A DNA stretch of 47,519 nt, taken from IMG/VR virus record IMGVR_UViG_3300011443_000020, positions 1 through 47,519 of that record. The stretch is one strand, 5' to 3'. Of this stretch, positions 10,264 through 19,876 are shown piece by piece. The first letter of the stretch is position 1; every line of letters begins with the position of its first letter. The position numbers and the translations under genes are program-made. The notes under the pieces are model-generated. The model worked only from the letters and a program-made list of their open reading frames with translations, did no database searches and was not told the origin of the DNA. Source of the stretch: a virus (Duplodnaviria; Caudoviricetes).

Positions 10264-11181
10264 TCACCGACACGTCAACGCGCCGACCTGCACTTGAATG
10301 CGAGCGAGCGCGTGCTTCCAGTCCGTCTCTTCGGCCGCGAGCTGCGCGAGCTCGGCATGGACCGTCGAGCACAACAGCCGTCGCCGGACCGCCTTCCCGT
10401 CGTCCGTCGGTTCTTCCACCGTCACGAACGGCTGGAACGACGGGCGGGTCAGGAGCGCCGTCTGATACCGGGTCCGCTTCACGCCGATCTTGTGGAGCTC
10501 CCAGGCAATCGGATCCGTCTGCGCCGAGGGGCGCGGCTCGAACCCATACTGGTAGCCCGCCTGGAGCACCGGGGACGCTTCCGGAAGCGCCACATGCCCG
10601 TCTGCGGTCGTGTAGTGCCGCAGGCCGTCCTTGACCGTCATGGTCTGCTTCCCGACGCCCAAGACCTTGCCGAGCAGATACTCGAACCCCGGGCGCTGGT
10701 CCATGTACTCCTGCTGGGTCGCGAGGTGGATCCCGTAGACGCTGATGTCGCGACAGCCTTCGATCACCGCGTGCGCCACGAGGAGCGCCGGGGTGCTCGT
10801 GAAGTAGCGCCCGAAGTGCGCCTCGACCGCGGCCTTGGGGAAGGCATGGGCATTCGGCCACGTCGCGGCCGCCGGATGCTGCGTCAGGTAGTCGGGGTTG
10901 AGAAACACCGGAATCTGCTGGGACGCGAGCCACGCGAGATGCTTCTCCGGCCGGACGTAGTGCCCCGCCGGGATCTGATGGGCGTAGAGCGCCGTGCCCG
11001 GGGTCGGGTGGTAGAACTTGTGGAGCGGGTGGATGTCGTACCACCGGTCCGCGCGCTGAAAGCCCTTCAGCTGATAGGCGTCATTCAGCGACCACACCTG
11101 GAGCGTCGTGTCCGTCCAGGGCACCATTTGCCAGCTCGGCGCCGTCCCGACAATCGCGACCCGCTGCGTCATACGTCTCAC
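10264..11181 (-). CDS. Sialyltransferase/Maf-like (GT29/GT42-type Rossmann fold) glycosyltransferase
   Basis: RVAIVGTAPS (cf. sialylmotif-L CAVVGNG.SL), VWSLN, FTSTPALLVAHAVIEGCRDISVYGIHL, EYMDQRP. Confidence 0.6.
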   Translation of the reverse strand: MRRMTQRVAIVGTAPSWQMVPWTDTTLQVWSLNDAYQLKGFQRADRWYDIHPLHKFYHPTPGTALYAHQIPAGHYVRPEKHLAWLASQQIPVFLNPDYLTQHPAAATWPNAHAFPKAAVEAHFGRYFTSTPALLVAHAVIEGCRDISVYGIHLATQQEYMDQRPGFEYLLGKVLGVGKQTMTVKDGLRHYTTADGHVALPEASPVLQAGYQYGFEPRPSAQTDPIAWELHKIGVKRTRYQTALLTRPSFQPFVTVEEPTDDGKAVRRRLLCSTVHAELAQLAAEETDWKHALARIQVQVGALTCR

Positions 11182-11543
11182 ATCTCCAACAGCACCGCGA
11201 TGGCGGCGTTCGTATCCGGGCTACTGAGATAGACCCGGTTCACGTCCGCCGGTCGCGTCACCTGTAACCGCACAATCTGGCCGCCGATCGCGTTCAGGGG
11301 CGCAAACGGGATCAGGTTGCGCGGCACCTGCCCCAGCCCGTGATTGATCGTGAACTCCCCGTTGACCGACGTACTCGTCACCGCATCGAACCGATAGAGC
11401 CGGGCATTCCGGGCCTTCTCGCCGTCCGAGACACTCCCGAGCTCCCAGTTGTTGCAGAGCTCCCGGATGATCGTCTGCAGCGGCGGTTTGATGTCCGCCG
11501 GCAGGGGGCCGAGCAACGATTCGAGATGCCCGATGTTCGACAT
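11178..11543 (-). CDS. Small tail-associated virion protein
   Basis: FTINHGLGQVP motif typical of tail fibre/needle domains; position. Confidence 0.55.
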   Translation of the reverse strand: MSNIGHLESLLGPLPADIKPPLQTIIRELCNNWELGSVSDGEKARNARLYRFDAVTSTSVNGEFTINHGLGQVPRNLIPFAPLNAIGGQIVRLQVTRPADVNRVYLSSPDTNAAIAVLLEM

Positions 11544-11545
11544 GG

Positions 11546-12007
11546 CTACGGATTGTAATAGGGAATGACGAACGTCGAGCCATTGATCGTCGTCCGCAGA
11601 TACCCCGCCGGCGTCGCCGGGAGCGCATCCACGCCGCCCGCGGTGCCGGACGACGCGGGGACGACATTCGCGAACACCGCATTGCTGCTGTTGACGTTCC
11701 ACGTGCCGTTCCACGTCCCGAGCAGCGTGCCCACGAACGCCCCGGCGGTGATGACCGTCGCCGAGATGGAACTCGCGGTCATGTTCGTGATGGTCGAGGC
11801 CGTGGCCTGGATCCCGGTGAACGTCGACGTCCCCGCACTGATGTGGCCGGCGGTGATGTTGCTCGAGACGACCGGGGCCGTGCCGTTGAGCAACCCGCCG
11901 CCAATCGCGACCACTTCGTCCTGGATGGCGTTGATGTGCGCCGAGGCAATCGTCTGCCCCGGGGTCTTGTTGCTGAAGCTCGGGGCGGTCGCGGGATAAT
12001 TCGCCAT
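11546..12007 (-). CDS. Short tail fibre or needle-like protein
   Basis: ASAHINAIQDEVVAI anchor followed by 5-residue S/T beta repeats (SSNIT, ASTIT, ASSIS). Confidence 0.55.
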   Translation of the reverse strand: MANYPATAPSFSNKTPGQTIASAHINAIQDEVVAIGGGLLNGTAPVVSSNITAGHISAGTSTFTGIQATASTITNMTASSISATVITAGAFVGTLLGTWNGTWNVNSSNAVFANVVPASSGTAGGVDALPATPAGYLRTTINGSTFVIPYYNP

Positions 12008-13974
12008 TAGTCGTTGAAGTCCCGGCTCACGCTCTCCGGGACCAACCCGGGGGCGTAGCCAAAATGCTTGAAGGCGGACTGGCCCGTATAGATGAGTGTC
12101 TGCACGAGTGTGCGCCCTTCCGCCCGGAGGGGCAAATTCGTGTGCCATTGCCGGCGGCCGGCGCCGGGATAGACCGACACGTCATAGACCGCGGTGTCAT
12201 ACGCCGACATCCCGGCCCCAATGACAATCGTCCGCGGCCCCTGCGGGACGCCGTCCACGAGCGACTCGACGCTCAGCATTCCGCCGTTCGGTTCGTACTC
12301 CCCCCGGACGTCGACCCACCGTCCCTTCCGTGCCCCCAGCGTCAGCCCGGAGCCTTCGTAGGTGGCGACCATGTCCCCGCCGTTGGCACTCGTCCCGACC
12401 GCCTCCTCGAACAGCTGGGGGGTCGACGAGGCCCACGCCAGGAGCCGCCCACGATTGCCCGCGACCGCTTCGGGGCCGTGCCACGGGATGTACCCCACAA
12501 TCGCCCGGTCCGTCTCGGTCCAGCTCAAGGCCCCGCCGTCCTGTTCGCTGCGGTTCAGGTCGAGGATGTACTCCCCGAAGGTCCCGGACGGATACCGCCG
12601 CGGCACCGCGATCCGCACTTCCTTGCTCAGGGCACTGTAGGTCATCGACACCCGGTCGAGATCGGTCACGGCCGCTTGGGTGACCAGATCCCGCCACGCG
12701 GGGTCGATCTCGCGGGTCAGGAGCCGGTCCGACGCGCCGTCGAAGCTGTAGATCCCCGAGGCCCCGGCATGGAGGAGGCTGCTCTCGACGCGCACGGTGG
12801 CGCGGGAGCCGAGGGCGCCTTCCTGACTGCCGAGGGCGGGCCGGACTTCAAAGTCGAGCGAGGTCTGGCCCAGAATGACGTACGCCTTGGTCGCGCCATG
12901 AATGATGAGCGTGTCCCCCACCGCATCGATCGCCCGGATGACGTCGCCCAGATCGAACGGGATGTCGATGTAGAAGAGCGCCGGCCACGACTGCGGCTGG
13001 AAGAGCTGCGTGAAGTGCAGCCGGTTGCCGATGACGCCGTGCCGTGCCCACCACCGGTTCTTCCACACCACCCCGAACGCGAGGACCGGGGCGACGTCGT
13101 GATCGGTCGGCGCCTCGTCGTTGCTCGTCCAGTTCGAGCTCGTGACGAGGAGCGTCGAGGACACGCCGCTCGACATCGCGCCGCTCGAGGCCTTGCGGTG
13201 AATCGTCTCGCCGTTCTGGTTCAGGACGTAGACGACGATCGCATCGACGGCGACGTCCGTGGAATTGGGCACGACCACCCGGATGGCCTGCGTGCTGCCG
13301 GCGGTGCTGACCGTGATCGTCGAGGGCGCCGAGGCGTTCGACTCGTGGAACAGATCCCGGTCCTTGTAGGTGAAGACGACCGAATACGAATTGCCCGACG
13401 ACAACGCGCCGCCGGCCGTGGAGTTGAGCGTCGCAGACGTCGAGGGGGTGATGATGCCGAGTTGTGACCACTCCGCCGTGCTGGCGGACGTGCTTTTGAA
13501 CGGGGCACGGATCCCGTCCATGGCGGCCACCAAATCTCGGTCATGGATGAAACTGATCAACGCGGAGGTCGAGTAGGTCCCCGCCACGATACTCAGGCCG
13601 GTCGACCCGAGGCCCGCATCGCTGACCACCACAATCTGTCCGTTTTGTCCCACCAGGGTAAACGCGGTCGAGTTGAGGTTCGGGAGGTTCGTGTGGAGGT
13701 AGATCCGCTGGCCGCCCTGAATCGGCCCGCTCCCGAAGAACGTCGAGACTAAGACGCGCGAGGACGTGAAGACGGTCGAGAACGCGCGATACCCCGCCCG
13801 GACGGTCAAGGCGCCGGGGGTGCCGAGGCTCCAGTTGACGAGCTTGCGGGACTTCTCGGTCGGGAGGAGCGTCTGGTCCTGGCGGAGATCGAGGCCCCCC
13901 GTGAGGTCGCCCACGGGCACTTGCTGATACGCCGAGCCGGTTTTCGCGGCCGCCGCCCGGGCCTGTTTCGCCAT
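12007..13974 (-). CDS. Tail hub/nozzle protein (P22 gp10 / T7 tubular protein B-like)
   Basis: 655 aa; N-terminal DLTGGLD...N motif; beta-propeller-like WKNRWW...NRLHFT...PQSW; position. Confidence 0.7.
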   Translation of the reverse strand: MAKQARAAAAKTGSAYQQVPVGDLTGGLDLRQDQTLLPTEKSRKLVNWSLGTPGALTVRAGYRAFSTVFTSSRVLVSTFFGSGPIQGGQRIYLHTNLPNLNSTAFTLVGQNGQIVVVSDAGLGSTGLSIVAGTYSTSALISFIHDRDLVAAMDGIRAPFKSTSASTAEWSQLGIITPSTSATLNSTAGGALSSGNSYSVVFTYKDRDLFHESNASAPSTITVSTAGSTQAIRVVVPNSTDVAVDAIVVYVLNQNGETIHRKASSGAMSSGVSSTLLVTSSNWTSNDEAPTDHDVAPVLAFGVVWKNRWWARHGVIGNRLHFTQLFQPQSWPALFYIDIPFDLGDVIRAIDAVGDTLIIHGATKAYVILGQTSLDFEVRPALGSQEGALGSRATVRVESSLLHAGASGIYSFDGASDRLLTREIDPAWRDLVTQAAVTDLDRVSMTYSALSKEVRIAVPRRYPSGTFGEYILDLNRSEQDGGALSWTETDRAIVGYIPWHGPEAVAGNRGRLLAWASSTPQLFEEAVGTSANGGDMVATYEGSGLTLGARKGRWVDVRGEYEPNGGMLSVESLVDGVPQGPRTIVIGAGMSAYDTAVYDVSVYPGAGRRQWHTNLPLRAEGRTLVQTLIYTGQSAFKHFGYAPGLVPESVSRDFND

Positions 13975-13978
13975 GACG

Positions 13979-14440
13979 TCAGATCAGGGGAATCCGGTGC
14001 GTGCCTTCCGGCGCCTCGCCCGGCGCGCGACGGGGATTCCGCGGCGCCCCACCCATCGGGCCGCCTGTCGGCGGGTTCTGCGGGATGATGCGCGGTTTCT
14101 GCGTCGTCGGGAGCGGCAGCGTCGCCCCCGGCTCCTGCGGGTTGGGGACGCCCGATCCGGTCCGACCCGGTCCGGTGGGTGGTCCCGGCAGGCCCATCGC
14201 ATTCGGGGTCTGCGCCCCGAGAATCGCCCGGAGCATGTCGAGCAGCGGGTTCCCCGTGGGATCCGGTGCCCCCATCCCGCCGGGGGCGGTCAGGAGTTGC
14301 TGCGGAATGGGGCTGTTGGCCCCGACGACTTTCGGCAAGCGCAGGCTCAGGAGCTTGATCGCTTCCTGGAGCGGCGGCGCGCCGGTCTTCTGTTGGGTCG
14401 GGTTCTGCGACCCGGGCGCGAACGTGACACCGAGTGCCAT
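13979..14440 (-). CDS. Pro/Gly-rich hypothetical virion-module protein
   Basis: ATG at 14440 coupled to the upstream TGA. Confidence 0.5.
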   Translation of the reverse strand: MALGVTFAPGSQNPTQQKTGAPPLQEAIKLLSLRLPKVVGANSPIPQQLLTAPGGMGAPDPTGNPLLDMLRAILGAQTPNAMGLPGPPTGPGRTGSGVPNPQEPGATLPLPTTQKPRIIPQNPPTGGPMGGAPRNPRRAPGEAPEGTHRIPLI

Positions 14441-14646
14441 CAGGGCCTCTCTTTCTCGCGGAGCGACACCGGGATGGCCGGCAGCGCCAGGGTTTCGACA
14501 TAGGGGCCGGTCGCCTGGCCGCGGAAGGTCGGTGGCGGCGCGGCGACGTGGCGGATGCGATGCTCGCCGTCGAGCGGACAGATCGGCGCGGCGCCCTCGG
14601 AGGCGACCGGGACCGTGTGCCCGCACGCGAAGGTGATCTTGATCAT
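14440..14646 (-). CDS. Small putative zinc-ribbon protein
   Basis: CGH...CPLDGEH; overlaps both neighbours. Confidence 0.5.
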   Translation of the reverse strand: MIKITFACGHTVPVASEGAAPICPLDGEHRIRHVAAPPPTFRGQATGPYVETLALPAIPVSLREKERP

Positions 14647-15437
14647 GTGCGGGGATCCTCAGACGTCCCCCGGCCCCGGAGCGGCCGTTCGCGCAGGTAT
14701 TGCCGGGTCGTGGTGATCGCCGTCCCGCCGCGGGGACGGTTCGCGGTCAGGTACCGCTGCACGTAGCTCAGGAACATCTGCGTCTGCTGCTGCACGCCCT
14801 CGATGTTCTTGCGGAGCTTCTCGAGTTGCGCGGCGGCGTAGTGGACCGCCGCCTGGTGATAGGGCCGCAGATCGTAGCGAATGACCCCGTCCACGGTATA
14901 CGGGACGTCGGTCGCCGCCGTCAGCCGTGGCGGAAAGGCGACATAGTCGACGTGCCCCGAGAACACCGCACTCGAGCCGGACGTGGACGGGCGCGGCCAG
15001 AACGCAATCTGCGTCCCGCCCAGGAGGAACCGATCCGGGGTGCGATACGCCGAGCTCGTCACGAGCTGCTGCGCCTGCCAGTTCGGCTCGTAGACGTCCA
15101 TGTAGCGGAGGCTGCGCTGCGGCAGTTCTTCGCCGGCGAGGACGCGGACCTGGGTGCTCCCGAGCGAACTGTAGATGAAGAACGCCGGCCCGCGTTCGCT
15201 CGCCAACCGCACGTAGTCGGTCGAGCCGACGTCGGTCGACAGGAGATTCCAGAAGAGCGCCGTCGACGTCACGGTCCATTGCCGCGAGCGGCGGAAGCAT
15301 TCCGTGAGATCCGCAAATTCGCGGATGCCCTCGTTGACCGCCGCTTCCCGGCGCGCGGTGGTGAAGAGGACGGTCGAATCCTCCGACCCGAGCTCGATGT
15401 CGAGGAGGCGTCCGGTGAGCGTGGAGAGATCGGGCAT
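14643..15437 (-). CDS. Head-tail adaptor (P22 gp4 / tubular protein A-like)
   Basis: Helical N-terminus AAVNEGIREFADLTEC, central beta region ending IAFWPRP, C-terminal YHQAAVHYAAAQL. Confidence 0.65.
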   Translation of the reverse strand: MPDLSTLTGRLLDIELGSEDSTVLFTTARREAAVNEGIREFADLTECFRRSRQWTVTSTALFWNLLSTDVGSTDYVRLASERGPAFFIYSSLGSTQVRVLAGEELPQRSLRYMDVYEPNWQAQQLVTSSAYRTPDRFLLGGTQIAFWPRPSTSGSSAVFSGHVDYVAFPPRLTAATDVPYTVDGVIRYDLRPYHQAAVHYAAAQLEKLRKNIEGVQQQTQMFLSYVQRYLTANRPRGGTAITTTRQYLRERPLRGRGTSEDPRT

Positions 15438-16144
15438 CAGCGGCCCACTCCTAACGTCATCAGCCGCGACGGAATCACCACCGCACCGCCGCCGCCATCG
15501 AACGCCAGATCCATCGAGAACTCCACCCACGGATTGTCTTGACTCGTGCCCGTTTCGTCTTCCGCCAGGTCAGAGGCGGAGTTGTCCCCGAACTCGATGC
15601 GCGAAAAGCGTGACGAGGTGTACTGCAACGCGTGAAACCACCCGATCTCCACGATCAGCCGATCCCCGGCACTCACGCCCGTGCTCGCGAGGTTGAGTGT
15701 GAAATCGTCGGTGCCTTCTTCTAGGCGACGGTTCGTATACGTCGTCGGCGTGACGACGAACCCCGGCGGGCTGGCCTCGGTATCGGATTTGGTAATGGCG
15801 AGAATTTCCGTGACGGAGCTCCCCGTGCTATCACATTTCGCCACGCGGACCGTCGGCACCTGCGATCCCCCAGACCCACTATTGCACTGGCCGCGGAGCA
15901 CCCCCTTGATCGTGCCGCTGATCGTCTGCGCCGCGAGGGCCGCACTGATGAACTGCCGCAACAAGATATCGCCGGCCGCCCGGCTATCGCCCACGTCCCC
16001 GTTGCCAATGTTCGCAAACGCGGAGCTAATGCGGGTCGTCACCATGTCCACCCGTGCCAGCGCCGGATCTTGCACCCACCCGGACCCATAGGCGGGGCTA
16101 ATGCTCGGCGTGCCGGTGGTGGGCAGATAGAAGCGGGTCGCCAC
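15437..16144 (-). CDS. Beta-sandwich virion / receptor-binding accessory protein
   Basis: 235 aa, beta-rich, VSAGDRLIVEI; lies in the tail module. Confidence 0.5.
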   Translation of the reverse strand: MATRFYLPTTGTPSISPAYGSGWVQDPALARVDMVTTRISSAFANIGNGDVGDSRAAGDILLRQFISAALAAQTISGTIKGVLRGQCNSGSGGSQVPTVRVAKCDSTGSSVTEILAITKSDTEASPPGFVVTPTTYTNRRLEEGTDDFTLNLASTGVSAGDRLIVEIGWFHALQYTSSRFSRIEFGDNSASDLAEDETGTSQDNPWVEFSMDLAFDGGGGAVVIPSRLMTLGVGR

Positions 16145-16338
16145 TAGGGCTCATCCTCCGATCTAATCGGCAGGGAGATGACATCCAGCACAATCTGTAA
16201 CGCGCGATGGTCCTGTGCGTAACTGAATGTAATCTGCATATCCCGACGCTCGAGCGCTGGGTCTTGCACCCACCCAGGCCCACAGGCTGGGCTAATATTC
16301 GGAGTCACAGGGGTGGGCAGATAGAAGCGGGTCGCCAT
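16144..16338 (-). CDS. Short paralog or remnant sharing its first ~34 aa with the downstream gene
   Basis: MATRFYLPTPVTPNISPACGPGWVQDPAL versus MATRFYLPTTGTPSISPAYGSGWVQDPAL. Confidence 0.5.
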   Translation of the reverse strand: MATRFYLPTPVTPNISPACGPGWVQDPALERRDMQITFSYAQDHRALQIVLDVISLPIRSEDEP

Positions 16339-16340
16339 TT

Positions 16341-17786
16341 TTACTCCGGTCCAATAACTTCACTACCTGTAATATAGCAGCCCGCGGGAATCACGGTGTC
16401 ATCCGACCCGCCGATGCTATAGATGGCCCGCCCAATCGTCAACGCGGGCGATCCCCCCTGGAGATGGAAATCGTCACTCGCATAGTTCACGAACAGGGGA
16501 TCAGACCCGATGATGGAATCATCCGATCCGCCGTCGTCGTCGTCCTGGTCGTAGGTGGCGCCCTGCCACGACGCGAAGGAAATATCCGTCCCCGCGGTGT
16601 TCGCGAAATCCGTCGGTGTCTCGTAATAGACATTGTGCTCGGCGTCGAACCGGGCCTTGTCGGTGAAATTGGACGCCCCGCCGTCGATGTTCCATAGCAC
16701 ATGCGTGGCGATGTCGCGCACGATGTTGTTCCACCAGAGATGCCCCGCGTTGGCCTGGAAGGTGTTCGCCGTGCGAATGAGTAGGGCCGCATCGCAGCCG
16801 TCCACGGTATTGTTGAAGATCTTGACGTGCATCGGCGAGGTCGCATCCGAGAACAGGCGCATCGCAAACGCCGTCGTCGTCTCACCCACGTAATGGATCA
16901 CGCCGTCACGCACGATATTCTGATAGATCAGGCAGGGATCGCCGGAGGTGTGCGGCGCCCGGTGAATCACGATTCCCGTGCTGTTGTCATAGCAGAGGTT
17001 GTAACGGATCCACACCGGACCCGTGTTGTTCGTGGCGCCGTCATGCGGGGCCTTCTCGTGAATGGCGCTGCCATTCCCGAAGAAGGTGTTGTGCTCGATG
17101 ATGATGTTGCCAGTCGTGTAAATTTCAATCCCGCTCGCGTTCTCCACGTTGTTGGCTTCGTCGTTGCTAAAGCCAGAGATCGTGCAGTTCCGGATCTCGA
17201 CCGCCTCGGAGGTGGACATAAAAATCCCGACATGGTTGTCGGCCGGCAGCACCGTCGGATCGGCGATGATGCGCAACCCGTCGAAAATGATGTTGGTGGC
17301 GTCCAGCAAGCGGATGACAAACGCCCCGCCGCTCGTCGCCGAGGGACAATCGGCCTCATCAATCCAGAATTCTCCCGCCCAGGTGATGTAATCCCGCGAC
17401 ACCGCGCCGATGTAGGGACCGTCACTGCTGCTGTAGATGAGCGTCACCGTGCCGACGGCGCGGAAGGTAATCGGGTTCCCCGCCGTGCCGGAGTTGACGG
17501 GGTTACAATACACGTCGGCCCCGTCGCCGGTGCCGACACCACTGTAGGTGCCCGCGGCGATGCTCACGATATCCCCTGCGACCGCCGCCTGCGCGGACAC
17601 ATCAGCCCCGCCGCCGGGCGCGACCCCGCGTGCCGCGCGGTAGATCGTCGCCCATTGGACACTGCCCGCCCCAGCCCGCACCTGCGCAATCGTGTTGCTG
17701 TCGGATCCGGTGGAGGCATTGACCCAGAGGGTCGCGCCCTCGCCGGTACTCGTCCCACGCGTCCGCAGCCGGAACCGCACCGGCAC
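16341..17786 (-). CDS. Parallel beta-helix tailspike / depolymerase
   Basis: AGDIVSIAAGTY, SGTAGNPITFRA, asparagine-ladder rungs, DPLFV...DFHLQGGSPA. Confidence 0.8.
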   Translation of the reverse strand: MPVRFRLRTRGTSTGEGATLWVNASTGSDSNTIAQVRAGAGSVQWATIYRAARGVAPGGGADVSAQAAVAGDIVSIAAGTYSGVGTGDGADVYCNPVNSGTAGNPITFRAVGTVTLIYSSSDGPYIGAVSRDYITWAGEFWIDEADCPSATSGGAFVIRLLDATNIIFDGLRIIADPTVLPADNHVGIFMSTSEAVEIRNCTISGFSNDEANNVENASGIEIYTTGNIIIEHNTFFGNGSAIHEKAPHDGATNNTGPVWIRYNLCYDNSTGIVIHRAPHTSGDPCLIYQNIVRDGVIHYVGETTTAFAMRLFSDATSPMHVKIFNNTVDGCDAALLIRTANTFQANAGHLWWNNIVRDIATHVLWNIDGGASNFTDKARFDAEHNVYYETPTDFANTAGTDISFASWQGATYDQDDDDGGSDDSIIGSDPLFVNYASDDFHLQGGSPALTIGRAIYSIGGSDDTVIPAGCYITGSEVIGPE

Positions 17787-17788
17787 GG

Positions 17789-19339
17789 TTACGGCTCCTG
17801 CACGTAGCTGAGACTGATGCGCGCCTGAATCGCGGTGGACGCGGATTCAATCCGGACGTTCAACGCGTTCTGGTTGTCCGTCCGGAACAGGAACCCGGGC
17901 GGTGGGATGGCGAGATTCGCCCCGAAGACGCCCGAGGACAGGATGATGCCCCAGCGGTCAATCGCCAGGCTCGACATGAAGACGAGGGTGCTGTGGTTGC
18001 CCGACGTCGAGCAGCCCACGAAGTACGCATGGACCTTGATGACCTGCCCCGCGACCGACGAGATGAGCGAGTAGACGGCGGTCGAGTTCGAGCTCGTGAC
18101 CGTCACCGTGGTCGACTGGACCGTCGAGGGCACCTGGCGGACGTGGAGCCCCAAGACGCCGGAGAGCGGCGTGCCCGTCGAGCCCTCGACCGCCCCACCG
18201 GAGGACGTCGTGGCCCGACTGAGGACCGTCCAGGCGGTACTGTTCGGGGTGACGGTGGCCTGGAGGTCCCCGGCCGTCGATTGCGCGACGCGCACCGAGG
18301 CCGTCGACACCGGCGACACGATCACGGTCCCCGCGAGGCTCGACACGTTCACCGTCGTCGAGGCCGCGGACCCCGCGACGACGTTGACGGGCAGGCCTTG
18401 CGAGATCCCGACGATCCGCATGGTCGCATTTGAGCCGTTGTCGAACGTGAGCGCCGGTCCCGCGAGATTGCTCGCGGTCGAGGCGTCCGTGTAGTCCGTC
18501 CCAGGCGTCAGGAACGCCGTGCCATTCGACAACCGCACCGGCAGATAGAGCGAACTGTTGCTCGAGGCGTTGCCGTTCACCGTGACGACCGTGGACGCCG
18601 CGGATCCCGCCACGACGTTGACCGGGAACCCCAACGTCGAGCTCACCGCCCGCATCGTGGCGTTCGAGCCGTTGTCGAACGTCAAGGTCGGACCCGCCAA
18701 CCCACTCGCGGTCGAGCCGCTCACATAATCCGTGGCCGGCGACAGGAACGCGGTCCCGTTCGTCAGCCGGACCGGCAGATAGACCGAGCTGTTGCTCGAG
18801 GTGTTGCCGTTGACCGTCACCGAGGTGTCCCCGGCGACCGATCCCGCGACGACGTTGACGCGAATCGCGCTGTTGGTCGAATCCGCGAACGGCGCGGGCA
18901 TCCGGACGACCTGCCCATACGCCGTCGAGGCCGGGGCGACCGCATTGACCACCGCGACGACCGCCGTCGACGCGTCGCGGTCCGCGATCCGCATCAGGCC
19001 GTTCAGATCGGTGTAGGTCGACTGCGAGACGGTCGCGAGGAGGTCCGCGGCGGACGATTGCGCGACCCGGACCGACGCGGTCGACACCGGAGACACGACG
19101 ACCGTGCCGGCGACGCTCGAAATGATGGGGTCGGCGATCCGGACGACCAGGCCAAAGGCGGTCGAGGCCGGCGCGGCCGCGAGGACCGCCGACAAGGCAT
19201 TCGTCGTCTCCGGCGACCCGACAACCATGACCTCGCGGAGGACGGTCGTCGAATTGTGGTCGAGTTGAATGGCGTCCAACCGGTGCGTCGTGGTCGACGC
19301 GGCGGGTTGGGAGAGCCCGATGTCGTTGTGCGTCGCCAT
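17789..19339 (-). CDS. Ser/Thr-rich fibrous virion protein with internal repeats
   Basis: Two ~79-aa tandem units (VNVVAGS...YLPVRL.NGTAFL.P.TDY...LAGP.LTFDNGSNATMR) plus a duplicated SS.AGTV.VSPVSTASVRVAQS. Confidence 0.7.
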   Translation of the reverse strand: MATHNDIGLSQPAASTTTHRLDAIQLDHNSTTVLREVMVVGSPETTNALSAVLAAAPASTAFGLVVRIADPIISSVAGTVVVSPVSTASVRVAQSSAADLLATVSQSTYTDLNGLMRIADRDASTAVVAVVNAVAPASTAYGQVVRMPAPFADSTNSAIRVNVVAGSVAGDTSVTVNGNTSSNSSVYLPVRLTNGTAFLSPATDYVSGSTASGLAGPTLTFDNGSNATMRAVSSTLGFPVNVVAGSAASTVVTVNGNASSNSSLYLPVRLSNGTAFLTPGTDYTDASTASNLAGPALTFDNGSNATMRIVGISQGLPVNVVAGSAASTTVNVSSLAGTVIVSPVSTASVRVAQSTAGDLQATVTPNSTAWTVLSRATTSSGGAVEGSTGTPLSGVLGLHVRQVPSTVQSTTVTVTSSNSTAVYSLISSVAGQVIKVHAYFVGCSTSGNHSTLVFMSSLAIDRWGIILSSGVFGANLAIPPPGFLFRTDNQNALNVRIESASTAIQARISLSYVQEP

Positions 19340-19501
19340 TTAGCCCCCGAGCGGGACGACCGCGAACAAAATGAACCCCATCGCGGTGATCGTGGTGATT
19401 TGCCAGGTGACATACCCGCCCGATCCCGAGGCGCCCGGCAGAATGGGCACCTCCGGCGCTTGCGTCTGCCAATAGTGACTGTGGAGGGCGACGGACGGCA
19501 T
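19340..19501 (-). CDS. 53-aa protein with a hydrophobic C-terminus
   Basis: Hand-translated MPSVALHSHYWQ...MGFILFAVVPLGG; fills the gap exactly, TAATG overlap. Confidence 0.45.
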   Translation of the reverse strand: MPSVALHSHYWQTQAPEVPILPGASGSGGYVTWQITTITAMGFILFAVVPLGG

Positions 19502-19872
19502 TAGAGCATCGGCTCCGCTTCGATCGAGGCGGCGGCCGCGGCCGTGAAGCTCGAGCCGACCCGCACCCGGAGGCGATCCCCGGGGTTGATCATGTAGCCG
19601 CTGACGAACTGCGACGTCTGATTCGACCCCGTGAAGACCGTCTGCACGTCAAGAATGGCCGTCGAGCCCAGGCCCGTCGAGGAACAGTGCTCGAGGCGGT
19701 AGATCGCCCCGGTCGAGGCCCCGACACGCCAGAAGACGCGATAGAGGACCTCGCGCGGCGACACCTGCGCGAACTGCGTCGAATCGATCTCCGCAATCAG
19801 GGTCGCGGTACTCGGATCGGTCGCCGTGGCCTGCGTCGATTTGATCGGCTTGTTCCCATAGATGTGGAACAT
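19501..19872 (-). CDS. Small beta-rich virion protein
   Basis: INPGDRLRVRV; follows the capsid genes. Confidence 0.55.
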   Translation of the reverse strand: MFHIYGNKPIKSTQATATDPSTATLIAEIDSTQFAQVSPREVLYRVFWRVGASTGAIYRLEHCSSTGLGSTAILDVQTVFTGSNQTSQFVSGYMINPGDRLRVRVGSSFTAAAAASIEAEPML

Positions 19873-19876
19873 GCCG

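Noticed and set aside
11690-11720. Second parS-like half site GTTCCACGTG
   Set aside because: Inside a coding GTWNGTWN repeat and the other half does not match
15437-16338. Possible diversity-generating retroelement TR/VR pair
   Set aside because: Differences are not adenine-specific, the repeat is N-terminal, and no reverse transcriptase is present
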